From NCBI RefSeq assembly GCF_006345805.1, contig NC_042998.1, positions 162,440,001-162,504,000 on the forward strand: a DNA stretch of 64,000 nt. Direction: 5' to 3'. The position numbers were made by a program, and so were the translations under genes. The stretch's first letter is position 1, and each line of letters opens with the position of its first letter. Under the pieces are notes generated by a model, which did no database searches, was not told where the DNA came from, and saw only the letters and a list, made by a program, of their open reading frames with translations. Shown here in pieces: positions 1-14,549 of this stretch. Source of the stretch: Octopus sinensis (taxonomy: Eukaryota).

Positions 1-189
1 CCCTAGCATTGCTTGACGACCGATGCTGGTGTGTTTACGTCCCTGTCACTTAGCGGTTCGGCAAAAGATACCGATAAAAAGTACTGGGCTTACAAAGAAT
101 AAGTCCCGGGGTCGATTTGCTCGACTAAAAAGGCAGTGCTCCAGCATGGCCGCAGTCAAATGACTGAAACAAATAAAAGAGTAAAAGAG

Positions 190-190
<1 letters not shown>
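1..190 (+). mobile_element. 3' half of octopus-type tRNA-derived SINE (family A; OK/OR-like)
   Basis: GCTTGACGACCGATGCTGGTGTGTTTACGTCCC...GGGGTCGATTTGCTCGACT...GAAACAAATAAAAGAGTAAAAGAGT tail, recurring many times in the window; CpGs intact, so a young copy. Confidence 0.85.
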
Positions 191-234
<44 letters not shown>

Positions 235-964
235 ATATATATATATATGTATATATATCAAAACACTTTGATTCAAGTCTGTTGGTATGTTGGTACATTG
301 GTACTTCGAGTTTCATGGTTGAGGATTAGCTTTACACTTCAAACTCGGAGTACCAAAGAATGTGAATCAAACTGTTTTGAGCCATACATGTAACTCTCAA
401 TATCTGTGTTGAGTGCCCTTCTTTTCTTTGTCCACTCACTCCTGTTGGATTCTAGACTAATACTGATAACACTTCAGGTTTAGAAAATCCTGGTTTCATG
501 ATGGAAAAGCTGTTGTTTGTATTTAGCGAAGAGTAAAATATAAAGAAATACTTTAATAATCAGTTACAATTGTTCCCATACCAACTCTGATTTCAATGCC
601 AATGAACGCAAAAGAGAAAATTTATCTAATATCTGCAGCTTGAGATATTAGCGTACTATTTCATCAGACTTGCATCAAAGATGTGCTCTTACATTGCACA
701 TCTTCCAGAATTTGTTTTTATCTTTATATCAGGAGGAAACAAAGTATTTGACCATTCTAAAATCTTACTTGCTTCAGTTATTGAATGGCCATGCTTGGGC
801 ACTACCTTGTTGAAGTTTTAGACCAATGAATTTACCCTTGTACTTATTTTTCATTTTCTAAATAAATAAAAAAATACTATGTGAGAATCTAGAGATTATT
901 AAAGTAGACCCAACTAATTTGATAAATTCCAAACATGAGATGATAATGAACTTTTACCATTTAA

Positions 965-1200
965 ACTCCATTCTCTACTCTGCAACGTTGCAGTTCTAAC
1001 ACAAGCATCATACAATCTACCCTCCACTCTGAAGGAAAAGATCTTCATGGCCAGCAGAAGTAGAAGATCCCTGAATTTTCTGCAATCTGTTCTTATTTTG
1101 GTTAATATTCTTTCTGAGCAGTCACCTCCACCCAGCTAATTATGTCACCTAGGTAACAAAAGAGTACTTTGTGAGCCAGTCGGGCATTTAAGAGAGTCTA
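965..1200 (-). mobile_element. RTE-type LINE reverse transcriptase fragment (decayed)
   Basis: Frameshifted minus-strand translation FCYLGDIIS...GDCSERILTKIRTDCRKFRDLLLLLAMKIFSFRVEGRLYDACVRTATL resembles the C-terminal RT region of RTE-clade LINEs. Confidence 0.7.
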
Positions 1201-1266
1201 TTTCAAGTCAGCTCTTTGTGTGTATTGTTCCACTGCATCTGCCACATATGAAGCATGCCTTCTGTG

Positions 1267-1305
<39 letters not shown>

Positions 1306-2035
1306 TATGTGTGTGCATATACATATATATATATGCATATGTATATGTGTGTGTGTATATATATGTATATATATGTGTGTATATAAATATATATATGTAT
1401 GTATGTATGTATGTATATATATATATACATATTCATATATATGTAAGTATATGTGTGCATATGTATTTGTATGCATGTGTGTATACATATATATATGATT
1501 ATATATATACATAATCATACACAAGCACACAGTTGCATGCACACCCACACACCCACACATACACATGCACACACATTCACACATGTCCTAATAAATCATA
1601 CCAAAAGTGGTTCCATATGACAATTAGAAGATAGTGTGTCATCTGAAAATAAGTAGCTATTCGAGACAATGATTTAATTTACTGTAATATATTGCCACAA
1701 GTCTTCAGCAAGTTCCTTTTTGTCAGCATGTAGGCAGAGGGGTTACATAAGGTTTAGAAACACACAAACCATTCCCTCTCCCTCCTCACTTCCACCAACA
1801 GCCCCACCTCTGACATATCTCCTTGTCTCTCATTTAACACCTCAGCAGCCACTAACCCCCCACCATCACCACCACCACCACTACAATAACAACAACAACA
1901 ATTACTCAAACATAAATAAAGTTGTTTATTTCCTTTAAATTCTTCCTTTGTATGGCAATGAATAAAAATATAACTACACTTTCCTCCTTACTTTTGCTCC
2001 TTTTTCTTTCATTCACTCAGTAATTCTCACCACAG

Positions 2036-2059
2036 TTGGTTTATTAATTTATTTACTTG

Positions 2060-2154
<95 letters not shown>

Positions 2155-2160
2155 GTTTGT
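2036..2160. repeat. (TATC)n microsatellite
   Basis: Long pure CTAT run from about 2060. Confidence 0.95.
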
Positions 2161-2404
2161 CTGTCAGATCTCTCTATTTTATTTTTGTCTCACTGAAAGG
2201 CTCATGGTAAGAAACCTTATCACATATTCATAGAATACTCCCTTGCTAATTGGATTTAACTTTGCAAAAGTATATATGTATGTGTGTGTATGCATATAAG
2301 TATGTATATATATATGCATGTGTGTGTGCACGTATATATATATATATATATATGCACATATATATATATACATATATATATGCTATATATGTACATATGT
2401 ATGC

Positions 2405-2531
<127 letters not shown>

Positions 2532-2804
2532 CATACACACATTTATATATGTAAAGATAGATGTGTATGCATGTGTTGTCAGTGTTATTGTTGGGATTTT
2601 TGTTTTTATTTTCTTTCAATAAATTGTCTTTCAGAATTTCAGAATTGAAAATAAATAATAAAACTATTGAAAATTATGGCAAAGAAAAAAAATTCTTCAA
2701 CTAATTCTATGAATAACCTGTTAAGTGGAAGAAATGCTGGAGGTATTCCAGCTTGATAATTCCAAAAAAGAATTGAATATTGTTATTTTGTTAACATTAA
2801 ATAG

Positions 2805-2805
2805 A

Positions 2806-2881
<76 letters not shown>

Positions 2882-2883
2882 TG

Positions 2884-2947
<64 letters not shown>

Positions 2948-3050
2948 TAATAATAATAATAACAACAACCAAAACAACAACAACAATAATAATGATAATA
3001 ATAATGAAAATAATAATAATATTGGTGATTGTGATGATAATTTTTTATTA
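2805..3050. repeat. (AAT)n compound microsatellite
   Basis: AAT/GAT/AAC triplet run. Confidence 0.95.
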
Positions 3051-4531
3051 AAGTGAGATAGGGAGTTTTTGAAAAATTGTTATAATTATGTAAATTCCAT
3101 GGGCAGAGATGTGATATCATCATTTTGATATCAAAAGTAGTTCTTTCAGTATGACAGTAAGAACGGTAACATGTCATTTCCAAAATATGTAAGCACTTTG
3201 AAGCTATGTTATAATTTATTTATATTATGATGTAGTGTTTCCTGACATTCAGAGATTCCATTGCAAATAAGAGTTAAGGAATGGCACTTTATAAGTATAG
3301 GTGTGGCCATATGCTTAAGAAGTTTATGTTGGAATTGTATGGAAGTTCCTTCCCACAGTGCTGACAGTGTTAGCTGGTATATTTTGCTATACCACATTCT
3401 GTAATGTTGTTGCTGTTAGGAAGGGCATCCAGCCATAGAAGCCAAGCCAACACACAATTTGGAGTCTGGACAGTTCCTGTCAAACTGTCCAACCCATGCC
3501 AGCATGGAAAACGAAGATTAAATGATGATGGTGATGAATTATAGCTGGAGGTTTACTAATGGCTAGTGAGTGGAATTTTGCAATTTAGTAGATTCCACAT
3601 ATAGGCATAGGTGTGGTTGGCTGTGTGGTAAGAAGTTTGCTTCCCAATCAGATGGTTCCAGGTTCAATCCCACTTCATGGCACCTAGAGCATGGGTCTTT
3701 TACTATAGCCTCGATCTGACCAAAGCCTTATGAGTGGTCTTGGTAGAAGGAAACTGAAAGAAGCCCATCGTATACATATATATATATATGTTTGTGTGTG
3801 TGTGTGTCTTTGAGTCTGTGTTTGTCCCCATCACTGCTTGACAACCAGCGTCGGTGTGTTTATATCCCCATAATGAAGCAGTTTGGTGAAAGACATTGAT
3901 GGAGATAATTGTTTATATTTTGAACAACATCATAGGATACCTATGAGGGGCCAGAACTGACTAGTTTGAACATAAAACATGTAGAATATTTGAGCTAGAT
4001 ACGGCCAGTATAAATGTTAAAGAATTAAAGCATGAGTTGGACATTTTTTATGCCACTTATCATTAACTGCTCAGCTGTGAAGTAGAATTAGAACCTTTTC
4101 CAACCATTTTTCTTTTTAGCTAGTAAACTGAAGCAAACTGTGTTCAGTACCTTGCTCAGATGCATAACTCAATAACTGGAGTAATATTTGTGGTCTGTAG
4201 GCCATCACTCAATAAATTTGTCATATTTAAATATTAGCTTTTGAGATTCATTTTAATGTTGATTAAATTTATAATATAGTTGTTTCCATGATTTTAAAAT
4301 ATCTAATTCACTAATTTTGGGCTTGAGCCAATGTTGCTGAAAACAATCAGCAATTCTAGGTGTTTTGTGGTTCTGAATAATTCTTAGATTAAAATAATGT
4401 GGTTGCACTTCATAATTCCACCAGACCTTAAACTGTCCTTGTTAAAATAAATACACAACCTTGTCATAAAAATTTGAACAACATAAAAAAAATCAAACTC
4501 TTATTATTATTTTGAATTCTTCAAGTTCTCC

Positions 4532-4564
<33 letters not shown>

Positions 4565-5080
4565 TAGCCCCAGGTCAATTTTGATCAAATTGATCTATAG
4601 TCGAAGGCATTCCAGACATGACCATCTCACTTCATTTATCTAGGACTGCACCATCCAAACTATCCTTGTTTTAAGATGTTAGTTTATGATTCCTTTCAGT
4701 CCTTACTAGTTTCAGTCATTGGACTGTGGCCATGCTGGAGCACTGTCTTGAACAGTTTAGGCATACAAATCGATTTCAGTATAACAATTTTAAAGTCTGG
4801 TACCTATTCTATTGGTCTATTTTACTGAACCACTAAGGTATGGGGATGCAAACAAACCAACACCATTTGTCAAGTGATGTGGGGAACAGATGCTAAGCCC
4901 GAACACAAGCACACATACATGATAGGCTTCCACATAGTTTCCATCTACCAAATCTACTCATGAGGCATTGGTCAGCCTTGGACAATAGAACACACCAACA
5001 CTTGTCTAAGATGTTGTACAGTAGGATTGAACTTAAAACTACATGGTTGCTAAGCAAGCTCCTTAACCAAACAACCATAC

Positions 5081-5164
5081 ATTCTGGTAGTACTTCTAGC
5101 AGATGCAGAGACTCTGATGATGCGTCCCTGTTAGTTTCTTCTTCATTAGTTTTCTCTGTAAGTG
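5081..5164 (-). CDS. Candidate 84-nt internal exon (phase 1-1), xLTEKTNEEETNRDASSESLHLLEVLPE
   Basis: Minus strand TTCTTAACTCATTATATCAG| acceptor with branch-like CTTAAC, 27 open codons, |GTATGG donor. The donor overlaps a SINE end, so it may be fortuitous. Confidence 0.3.
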
Positions 5165-5443
5165 CTGATATAATGAGTTAAGAATATTAACGCTAAACTT
5201 GATATTTTATGATGGCCAGATTGCGGACATGGGAGTTTAAACCTAAAATACATACACCACATTGCTAATAAATATTAAATATATAACCAATATTCAGTTT
5301 GAGTCATCAAGAATTTCAATAACAATTTTTTTATAGCAACCCAAAATATAAAAATGTTATATATCATCTTTCACTGACAACTTCAAAACATTGCCGGTGA
5401 CTATGATACATACATATTCCTGAGTAGTGTATACATATATGTA

Positions 5444-5497
<54 letters not shown>

Positions 5498-7370
5498 ATA
5501 TATATATATGTATGTAAGTATGCATGTATATATATATGTATATATAAGTGTGTATATATATATATATGCATGTATATGTATATATGTATATCTATGTATA
5601 TATATGTATATTTATGTATATATATGTGTATATGTATGTGTATATATATGTATATATATATATGTATATCTATATGTATATACATATGTATATGTATATA
5701 TATAGGTATATGTATATATGTACATATATGTGTGTGTGTGCGTGTGTGTGTGCGTGTGTGTGTATTTCTGATGGCCAGAAATGTTGATTTAAGCTGATTT
5801 AAGAGTGTTTATGAAAATTTTTATTAATGAAATTTTTCGCAAAAGCTGCTTAATATTGGTTTAAGAATATTTATCTTCTCTGCAGAAAATGTATTTTTTG
5901 ATCTAACCAACTAGGCAGATCTTTAATATTTGTCTGTAGCTTCAATGAGGGAACCCCAATGTGGTCATTTTATCTGCTAGAAACATCAACAAAATTCTAC
6001 TTCATAGCTGATCCTAATATTTTAAAAGAAGGTGATGTAGTAGAATAATGTTGATTTAAATGTGCTATATCTGAAAATAAGATAAATAGTCATGGTAGAA
6101 TGGTTTCCACCATAAGTCTTCAGCTGGTTTAAGATAGAAAAAAAGAGTGAGACATTAAAAAAAAAATTTTTAATCTATTATAATTTCAGAAGTTAGAATC
6201 AAGGCAATACTTACAAGTAATACCATGTACACTTGCTGATAGGTCACACAAGTTGATAGGTCACACCCTTAGTTTGGGGTTGTCAAAGTAGGTATTTGCA
6301 GTTGACTTGCAGAGAGGTCACACAATAATCTGGGGTGTTAATTGGTCATTTTTAACGTAAATATAACTAATATTTGTTAAATATTATCAAACTAGCTGGC
6401 CCCATGCCATCAAAAATGACAGTTAATTGTATTATTTTATATATCAATATGGATGATAAATCAAATTAATACACTTGTCAGTGTTCACATACATTCACAT
6501 ACTTCCCTTGTACATACACACACAGAGTTGAAATGCTGTTTGATTTTTTGTTTCAGCAGTGAATGTTCACCATCTCACCAGTTTGCCCTCACCCCTTCCT
6601 TATTCATCTATAATCCCTTACATTCTCTTTTATATGTTGTAACAGAGAAGAACACAAGAGTATTATTATAGTAGATGTTCACTTTTATTTCAAAACTTTG
6701 CTTACAGATATTAAAACATTTGCTTACAAATATTAAAATCGAGGTTCTGCAAGCCTTGCTGTTCTCTTTGAATTTGCCATTTCTTTAAGCTTCCTCCATT
6801 CTCTTACCACTTTTTCTAAAACACCAGTCTCTCTTCATAACTCTTTCTCTTATTCAGGATTAAGGTTTGCAATTATTAAAATTTTAAAACTAAAATTCAG
6901 GGTGAATTGATATTGTCAAAAAGACCGATATGCAAACTTCTGGTTTCCACTTTCTAGTAAACAGACATCACAAAAATACTTCCATAACAATTTAGAAACT
7001 CAAAAGCCCAGGCCCAGTGTATGCTTGAGTCCAGGGTACATACTTGGACCACTGATATGCTACTGTCTACTTCAGATCCCTATGATGGTTAGTGGATTGG
7101 TCAGACCCCTGATTTTTATTGAAATTTTTAATAAAAATTTTGTGTGATCTATCTACTAATATATATGGTATGTCAACCTTTCTCAGACCGCTTCTGGTTC
7201 TAAGATACAAAACTATGAGGAGTTAAATTGCAGGCATGGCTTGCTTTGCAACCACGTGATATTGAGTTCAGTCCCACTGCATGGCACCTTGGGCAAGTGC
7301 CTTCTACATTAACCCCAAACTGACCTATGTTAGTGAATATGGCAGATGGAAACTGTATGGAAGTCCATTG

Positions 7371-7411
<41 letters not shown>

Positions 7412-7828
7412 GTACATATGTATGCGTGTGTGTATTTTTGCTTGTGTGTATGTGTGCGGGTGTGTGTATATATGAGTGTTTCTTTGTGCATGTGCATCTT
7501 AGTGTTTGTCTTATCACTTTGACAACTGGTACTGGATTGTTCACATTCTTGTAACTTAACAGTTTGGCAAAAGAGACTGACAAAATAAGCACCAGACTTA
7601 GAAATAAATGCTAGGATTGTTGTTTTTCACATATACCCCTTGAAGGCAGTCCAATGACTGAAACAAGTAAAAGATAATAGATATAAGAATTTAAATTCCT
7701 TAAACGTCATTTGTCTTAGTTTTTGGCTTTATATAAGAATTACTTTTTAAGTTCCAAAACACCAGATTAATAATCATTTTTAACTGGAAAGGTATTAGGT
7801 TAGAAATTTAGCAGAAGAGAACAGTCAG

Positions 7829-8263
7829 TTAACCCTTTAGCAAGTAAACCTGCCATATCCAGTCAAAATAGTCTATCTGTTTTATGGTCAAACTCTTACA
7901 ATTATTCTTCAATGTTATTCTAAAAGTAAACATCCAAATCTTGAAATTTCAAAATAATGCATGATTAATACAAAATGATCCTTTCTATTCTAGGTACAAG
8001 GCCTGAAATTTTTGGGGAGGAGTAAGTCGATTACATCTACCCCAGTGGGTTACTGGTACTTAATTTATCAACTCCAAAAGGATGAAAGACAAAGTCAACT
8101 CTGGTGGCATTTGAACTCAGAACATAAGGATGGACGAAATGCCACTAAGCATTATGCCTGGCATGCTAATGATTTTGCCAGCTAACCAATAACGGTTAAT
8201 ACAAAATAATGTGAAGAAATAAGCATTACATTCGAGAGAATAATCTGGATGTTAAAGGGTTAA
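7829..8263. mobile_element. TTAA-flanked piggyBac-type MITE with a nested SINE at about 7995-8185
   Basis: TTAACCCTTTAGC...GTTAAAGGGTTAA termini; internal sequence shared with copies at 10562, 22084, 37339 and 61968. Confidence 0.8.
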
Positions 8264-8511
8264 ATCAACCCTAGTACATGTACATTTATTTTATTGACCC
8301 TGAAAGCATAAAAAAAAGTTAAGGTGTAGGAGTGGCTGTGTGGTAAGTAGCTTGCTTACAAACCACATGGTCCCGGGTTCAGTCCCACTGTGTGGCACCT
8401 TGGGCAAGTGTCTTCTACTATAGCCTCGGGCCGACCAAAGCCTTGTGAGTGGATTTGGTAGACGGAAACTGAAAGAAGCCTGTCATATATTTGTATATAT
8501 ATATATATATA

Positions 8512-8800
8512 AAGGGAAAGTTTACGAAAATAGACAAAAGACGAAGGCAGGTGGAGTACAAACAAACAAATATATTAGTATAGCGCTCAGGAATAGAAAA
8601 ACTTTTTTACGTTTCGAATCTACGCTCTTCGACAGAAAGATACACAAAAAAAAACAAGGAGACAAAAAAATGTGTGTAGGAGCTAACGATCTATCATGGC
8701 GTCCTGACTTCGGACAGTGGTCAGACGCAAGAGGGACAGTAGGGGAGATAACAGGGTCAAGTGACTTCCAATACGAAGGTGCCCCCAATACAAAGGTGCG
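8512..8800 (-). mobile_element. Small Penelope-related non-autonomous element carrying a hammerhead-like motif
   Basis: Inserted in a SINE (TA)n tract; homologous to 30990-31147; carries the motif at 8601-8640. Confidence 0.6.
8601..8640 (-). ncRNA. Minimal type I hammerhead ribozyme-like motif, variant core CUGUCGA
   Basis: Minus strand TCTTT-CTGTCGA-A-GAGC gtag ATTC-GAAA-CG-TA-AAAAAG: stem I TTT/AAA, imperfect stem II, palindromic ACGT stem III, GUA site. Confidence 0.55.
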
Positions 8801-9153
8801 TGTGTGTATAAGAGAGTATGTATGTGCGTGTGAAAGAGGGCTGGTGGTCTGGACGTATATATATATGTGCGTGTGTATATGTTTGTGTGTCTGTGTTTGT
8901 CCCTCCTAACATCACTTGACAACTGATGCTGGTGTGTTTACGTCCCGGTAACTTAGCGGTTCGGCAAAAAGAGACTTGATAGAATAAGTACTAGGCTTCC
9001 AAAGAATAAGTCCTGGGGTCGATTTGCTCAACTAAATGACTGAGACAAGTAAAAGAATAAAAGAGTAAGAGAGTTTGAACTGAGAAATTAAAAGAACTGG
9101 AATGAATATATAATACTCTATTAACATCCAATCAGTCACCCCCTACATTAGAT

Positions 9154-9677
9154 TACCATAAATCCTCGAGTATAATCTGCATTTTTTTCCCAAACTTTAA
9201 TGGTCAAAATCCCTAGTGCATATTATACACGAGGTTAAAAATGAAAATTATTTTCTAAGCAATGTTTGGGTCTCTATTTGCTGTCCGGCAATGTTTATTT
9301 AGACTCGTTTTGTGATGTCAGGCAAAATATACCTTAAGCTAAGCCTGAAAGCAATGAAGTCATAAAAGAATCATTCATAACTTGCAGTAAGCAACATTCA
9401 TTAAACGTTATTACTGTTATTACTGTTATTTCTTTATTTTCTGCAAACAAAATGCATAAAAATGCTACACGTTTGCATTATGTTACATATACAATAATAA
9501 TAAAGGACATTACCACATACATTTTTACAAACCAAGGACGTTATATAGACTTCCTTGACTCAAGTTAGAGAATGGCTACATATTATACACAAGGTTTAGG
9601 CTTTTCAGAGGTACAGCCCCTTAAAGATCCCCTGCATATTATACTCAAGAGCAGACTATACTCAAGGATTTACAGTA
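9154..9677. mobile_element. Tc1/mariner-superfamily (pogo-like) MITE
   Basis: TA-flanked TIRs: left TACCATAAATCCTCGAGTATA, right (reverse complement) TACTGTAAATCCTTGAGTATA. Confidence 0.75.
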
Positions 9678-10561
9678 ATAAGTGTCTCTAACATAAGCAC
9701 AAGGCCACAAATTTAAAAAAGATGGAAAGCCAAGTTGATCTCTGAGAAATTTAAACTCAGAATATAAAGTGCTGGAATAAATATTAGTTTCAAATTATGG
9801 TACAAGGCCAGCAAATTCAGGGGAAGGAGTAAGTTGATTATATCATTCCCAGTGCTCAACTGGAATTTATTGACCCTGAAAGGATGAAAGGCAAAGTTGA
9901 CCTCAGCAGAATTTGAACACAGAATGTAAAGACAGATGAAATACTGATAAGCATTTTGTCTGTGCAGTAACGATTCTTTTGGCTCACAACCTTGTGCTGG
10001 AAAGAAAATTACAAAGCATGTGGTTTGAAGATTCAAGAATATTGCTAATCCACTTCTCTACCCCCAGATTGATAATTGTTCTAAATGTAGGCAAAAGGTT
10101 AGAAATGTGATGGGCAGTGTTATCTTTTAGCATTTGTTTCAGTCATGGAATTGTGGCCTTGCTGAGATACTTCTGTGAAGGATTTAAGTCAAACAAATCA
10201 ATACCAGTACTTGCTTTTTAAGTCTGGTATTAATTCTATCAGTTTCTTTTGCTGAACTGCTAAGTTACATTGACATAAGCAAACCAACGCTAGTCATCAA
10301 GGAGTAGGGAGAACACACACACATACACATACATACATACATACATACATGCATACATACATAGATAGATATATACATATACAAAAGGCTACCACACAGT
10401 TTCCATGTAACATTTATTCACAAGGCACTGGCTGGCTCTGAACTATGCTAGAACTATGGAATTGGAAGGTGAACTTCTTAACCACATGGCCACAATATCT
10501 ATCTTCTATGTTATTTTATCAACCCTAGAAGGATGAAAGGCCAGGGATTTGAACTTAAAAC

Positions 10562-11010
10562 TTAACCCTTTGGCATTCAACATTCAGATTACTCTGTCAA
10601 ATATAAAGCTTATATAAAGCACCATCCGATTGTGGCCATTTGCCAGCCTCGTCTGGCACCTGTGCAGGTGGCACATAAAAAGTACCCACTACACTCTCGG
10701 AGTGGTTGTCATTAGGAAGGGCATCCAGCTGTAGAAACACTGCCAGATCAGACTGGGCCTGGCGCAGCCTCCTGGCTTCCCAGACCCCAGTTGAACCGTT
10801 CAACCCATGCTAGCATGGAAAACGGACGTTAAACGATGATGATGATGATGATTCACATTGTTTACAATGAATCTCGTATTATCTTGTAGCTTTGAGATTT
10901 TAATTATGGGATTGTAGGGCAGGTGTAAGAGACTGTATTTAGTCAATTTGGACATAAAACAAATAGAATGTTTTAGCTGGGTATGGCTGGTTGAAATGCT
11001 GAAGGGTTAA
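10562..11010. mobile_element. TTAA MITE with nested LINE 3' tail (about 10617-10850)
   Basis: TTAACCCTTTGGCATT...GCTGAAGGGTTAA termini; insert GTGGCACATAAAAAGTACCCACTACACTCTCGG...GTTAAACGATGATGATG ends in (GAT)n. Confidence 0.8.
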
Positions 11011-12065
11011 AGTGCTTTAACCGTATTGCTAGTCCACCATCCTATGCCAAATCACAAATTTGAGTGGAGGGAGTTTGCTGATTATATCTAATCAGTACTT
11101 GACTGGTTCTTTATTTTCTTTTACCTCAGAAAGATGAAAGGTAAAATTGACATCCATGGAATTTGAACTCAGAGCATAGAGAGCTGGAAGAAATACAGAG
11201 GAAAACATTCTCTGATGTTCTAATGATGCTGCCAATTGACTGTCCTGTCTCAGGATAACAATGTGTGGAATTGTTATTTTATGAAATCCTGCCAAATTCT
11301 TGATTATTTTGAAAATTAATTAAAACACATTGGGTAGTGTATTTAATCAGATATCTCGTCATAAGATGGTTAAGCCAATCATCAATAAAGTGTTTTACTA
11401 AAAAAAAAGAAGAAATATAAAAAAACAAACCAGATATTCCTTCTTTTCACTTTCAAATGCCAATAAATGAGTGGTTTTAGGAAATAGTCATCACACAACC
11501 CATCCTTATTTTACTTATTGCCTTCCATAACACAAATAGGAGAAGCTTTTCCATTCTGAATTCAATGCTTGGAGAACTCACAAACAATGCACAGTCTTAA
11601 TGTTCTTTAAATTTTATTCTCTATCACTGAGCCATCACCATGTTTTCATAGCACTTATAAACTGAAACACTGTTTAGCAACTGTTAGATGGGGTGGTGGC
11701 AGTGGACGGAGAAGAAAACTGAGATAAAAAACTAAAATATAAATAAAATAAAATTTTCAATTCAGTAAGGAGTCGTCATGTGTCATTCTTATAGTTGAGC
11801 AACGTGTGTGTATGTATGCATGTAGCTATACATATATATATATACACACACACACATACATACATATATACATTCATACATACATACATTCAATATACAC
11901 ATTCCTATTTATCTATCCCATTATATATCAAACTATATGTGTATGTATGCTTGTATGTATGTATGTGTATTGATAGGTAGATAGATATGCATACTTATAT
12001 ATATATATGTCTCTGTGTATATCTATCTATCTATGTATCTATCTATCTATTTATCTATCTATCTA

Positions 12066-12098
<33 letters not shown>

Positions 12099-12509
12099 AT
12101 ATATATATGCATATATGCGTAGATAGATAGATAGATATACACACAGATATGTGTATATGTTCATATGTACATATGTATATATATTTATATATATATATTT
12201 GCATGCACACAAACAAATGAAACAAACACACAAAAAGTACATGCACATAGATTGATTGAGGACAACAACACAGCAAATACACACACACACACATGCCGAA
12301 ACACAAGACACTCACACAAGCACAAATGCATATGTATATGCCCTGGCAGAAAGTCAGAAACGCCCCACCATTTCTACAGAGCAATTTCCTTAGCAAGTTC
12401 TTTTCCACGACCAAACCATTTTCATCTCTTTCTTGCAGCCATTTTCTGGACGACCACTTAAGTAATTTATGTTTAACTAACTACAATACATACATATATA
12501 CATACATAA

Positions 12510-12549
<40 letters not shown>

Positions 12550-12623
12550 TCTATATATATAGATATTATACATATATACATACATACAAATACACACACA
12601 TTATATATACATACATACACATG

Positions 12624-12665
<42 letters not shown>

Positions 12666-13230
12666 TATCATTTTATTGTTTTATTTCATTCCATCTTATT
12701 TATATATGAACCTTGTTTATTTTGTTTAGCTTTCTATATATTATTTATATCATTGTTGTTGTTATTGCAGTAGCTGTTTTTGTTGTTATCATTGTCTGTT
12801 TTTTTTGTCTTTTTTTTTGGTGGAATAATTTTTTTTTTCACTTTATTTACTTGTTTATTTTTAATCTATTTCTGTAATCCTTTTGCCATGAATAGTCACA
12901 GACAATCTAATTTTTCTAATGTCTGTGCCATGTTCCAGCTTCGCCTTCTTTACCAAAGACAAGACCATGTAATATGTCAACAGCACTGTGCAGCATATTT
13001 TATTTTAGTGTTTAGCAGCATGCATACACATACACCTTGTCCATGCGTGTGCATGCATGCATTGGTCTATATGTGTATATGCATAAGTATGTGTAAATAT
13101 TTACTATTAAATATAAGTATTATTTATATATGCATGTACTCATGCATGTAAGTGTACATGTATGTGAAGATATATATATATATAAATACATATGTATGAA
13201 TGTATGTTTATAGAGATATGTATATATATG

Positions 13231-13261
<31 letters not shown>

Positions 13262-13310
13262 ATATTATGTATCTGTATATAGTATATGTATATATATAAA
13301 TTTGTATATA

Positions 13311-13356
<46 letters not shown>

Positions 13357-14503
13357 GTATGTATATCTATAGTATATAGATATATATTTATATGCATATA
13401 TGTATGTCTGTATAAATACATGTGTGAATGTGTGTGCATGCATACATATATATGAATGTGCATGCATATATATACACTTATATGTATGTGTGTATACACA
13501 CACATGCACATAACATCATCATCATCATCATCATTTTAAAGAATGAAGTGTATTCTAATGAGATGTTTCATGATGATATATGTATATATACGCACAAACT
13601 GATACACACGCACACACACACACACACACATACCACACATGCAGTCACCTATATACTAAACAACACTAAAACTCACATGTGTATATATGTATGTATATAT
13701 GTATATATAATATATGTATATAGATATATATATATATATATGTGATATATACATATATATTCTATATATATATATAATATATATATAATATATATATATA
13801 TTATATATGTATTATATATATATATATATATGTATATATATTATATATATTATATATATATATATTCACAAAAGAATGAGACAGTAAAAGACAGAGGTAT
13901 GTTTTCCTTCTTTATTTTTTAAGTGAGCTCTTCACTTAAAATCATGTTGGCAGGTTGTATTTTATTTATTATTTATCATTGTTTGTTTTGTTTTGTTGAT
14001 GGCAAGGATGTAGGGTTTTTTTTTGTTTTGTTATGTAAATGTTTTTGTTGTTGTCGTTGTTGTTGTTGTGATTGTTTATTTGTCTATTTATTCATTTTTG
14101 TTTGTTCTTTAGTGAGGACTTCATACAATTTTCCAATCACACCAAGTAGATATTTAGAGACGCTTTTACTGCTGCTACTGTTGTCGCCACTGCCACCACC
14201 ACCACCACCACCACCACCACCACCACCTCACTACAACCCCACCACGACCACCACCATCAATACAATATCCTTTTAGGAATTGTTGTCATTTTGGTTATTC
14301 TTTGTTGATGCTGTCATTGTTGTCATCAATGCCAATATTTTCCTTTCTTCTTCATCACATCATCATCATCGTCATCATGATCATCAGTCCCTTTTATGGT
14401 TAGGATTAACTGTTAATCTAGATATAAAATTCTCATTTACGTGCACATATGAGTATGTGTGTGGTTTTCTGTGTGTATGCATATGTGCATAATAGAAGGA
14501 ATA

Positions 14504-14549
<46 letters not shown>

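Larger units (their letters stand above)
8323..9068 (+). mobile_element. Full-length family A SINE with an insertion in its internal (TA)n
   Basis: A box TGGCTGTGTGG, B box GGTTCAGTCCC, body, internal TA/TG tract interrupted at 8512-8800, AAAAGAGT tail. Confidence 0.85.

Noticed and set aside
8445-8909. 154-aa ORF, and similar ORFs at 15881-16297 and 25954-26565
   Set aside because: Read through SINE bodies and inserts; the same peptide words recur in other SINE copies
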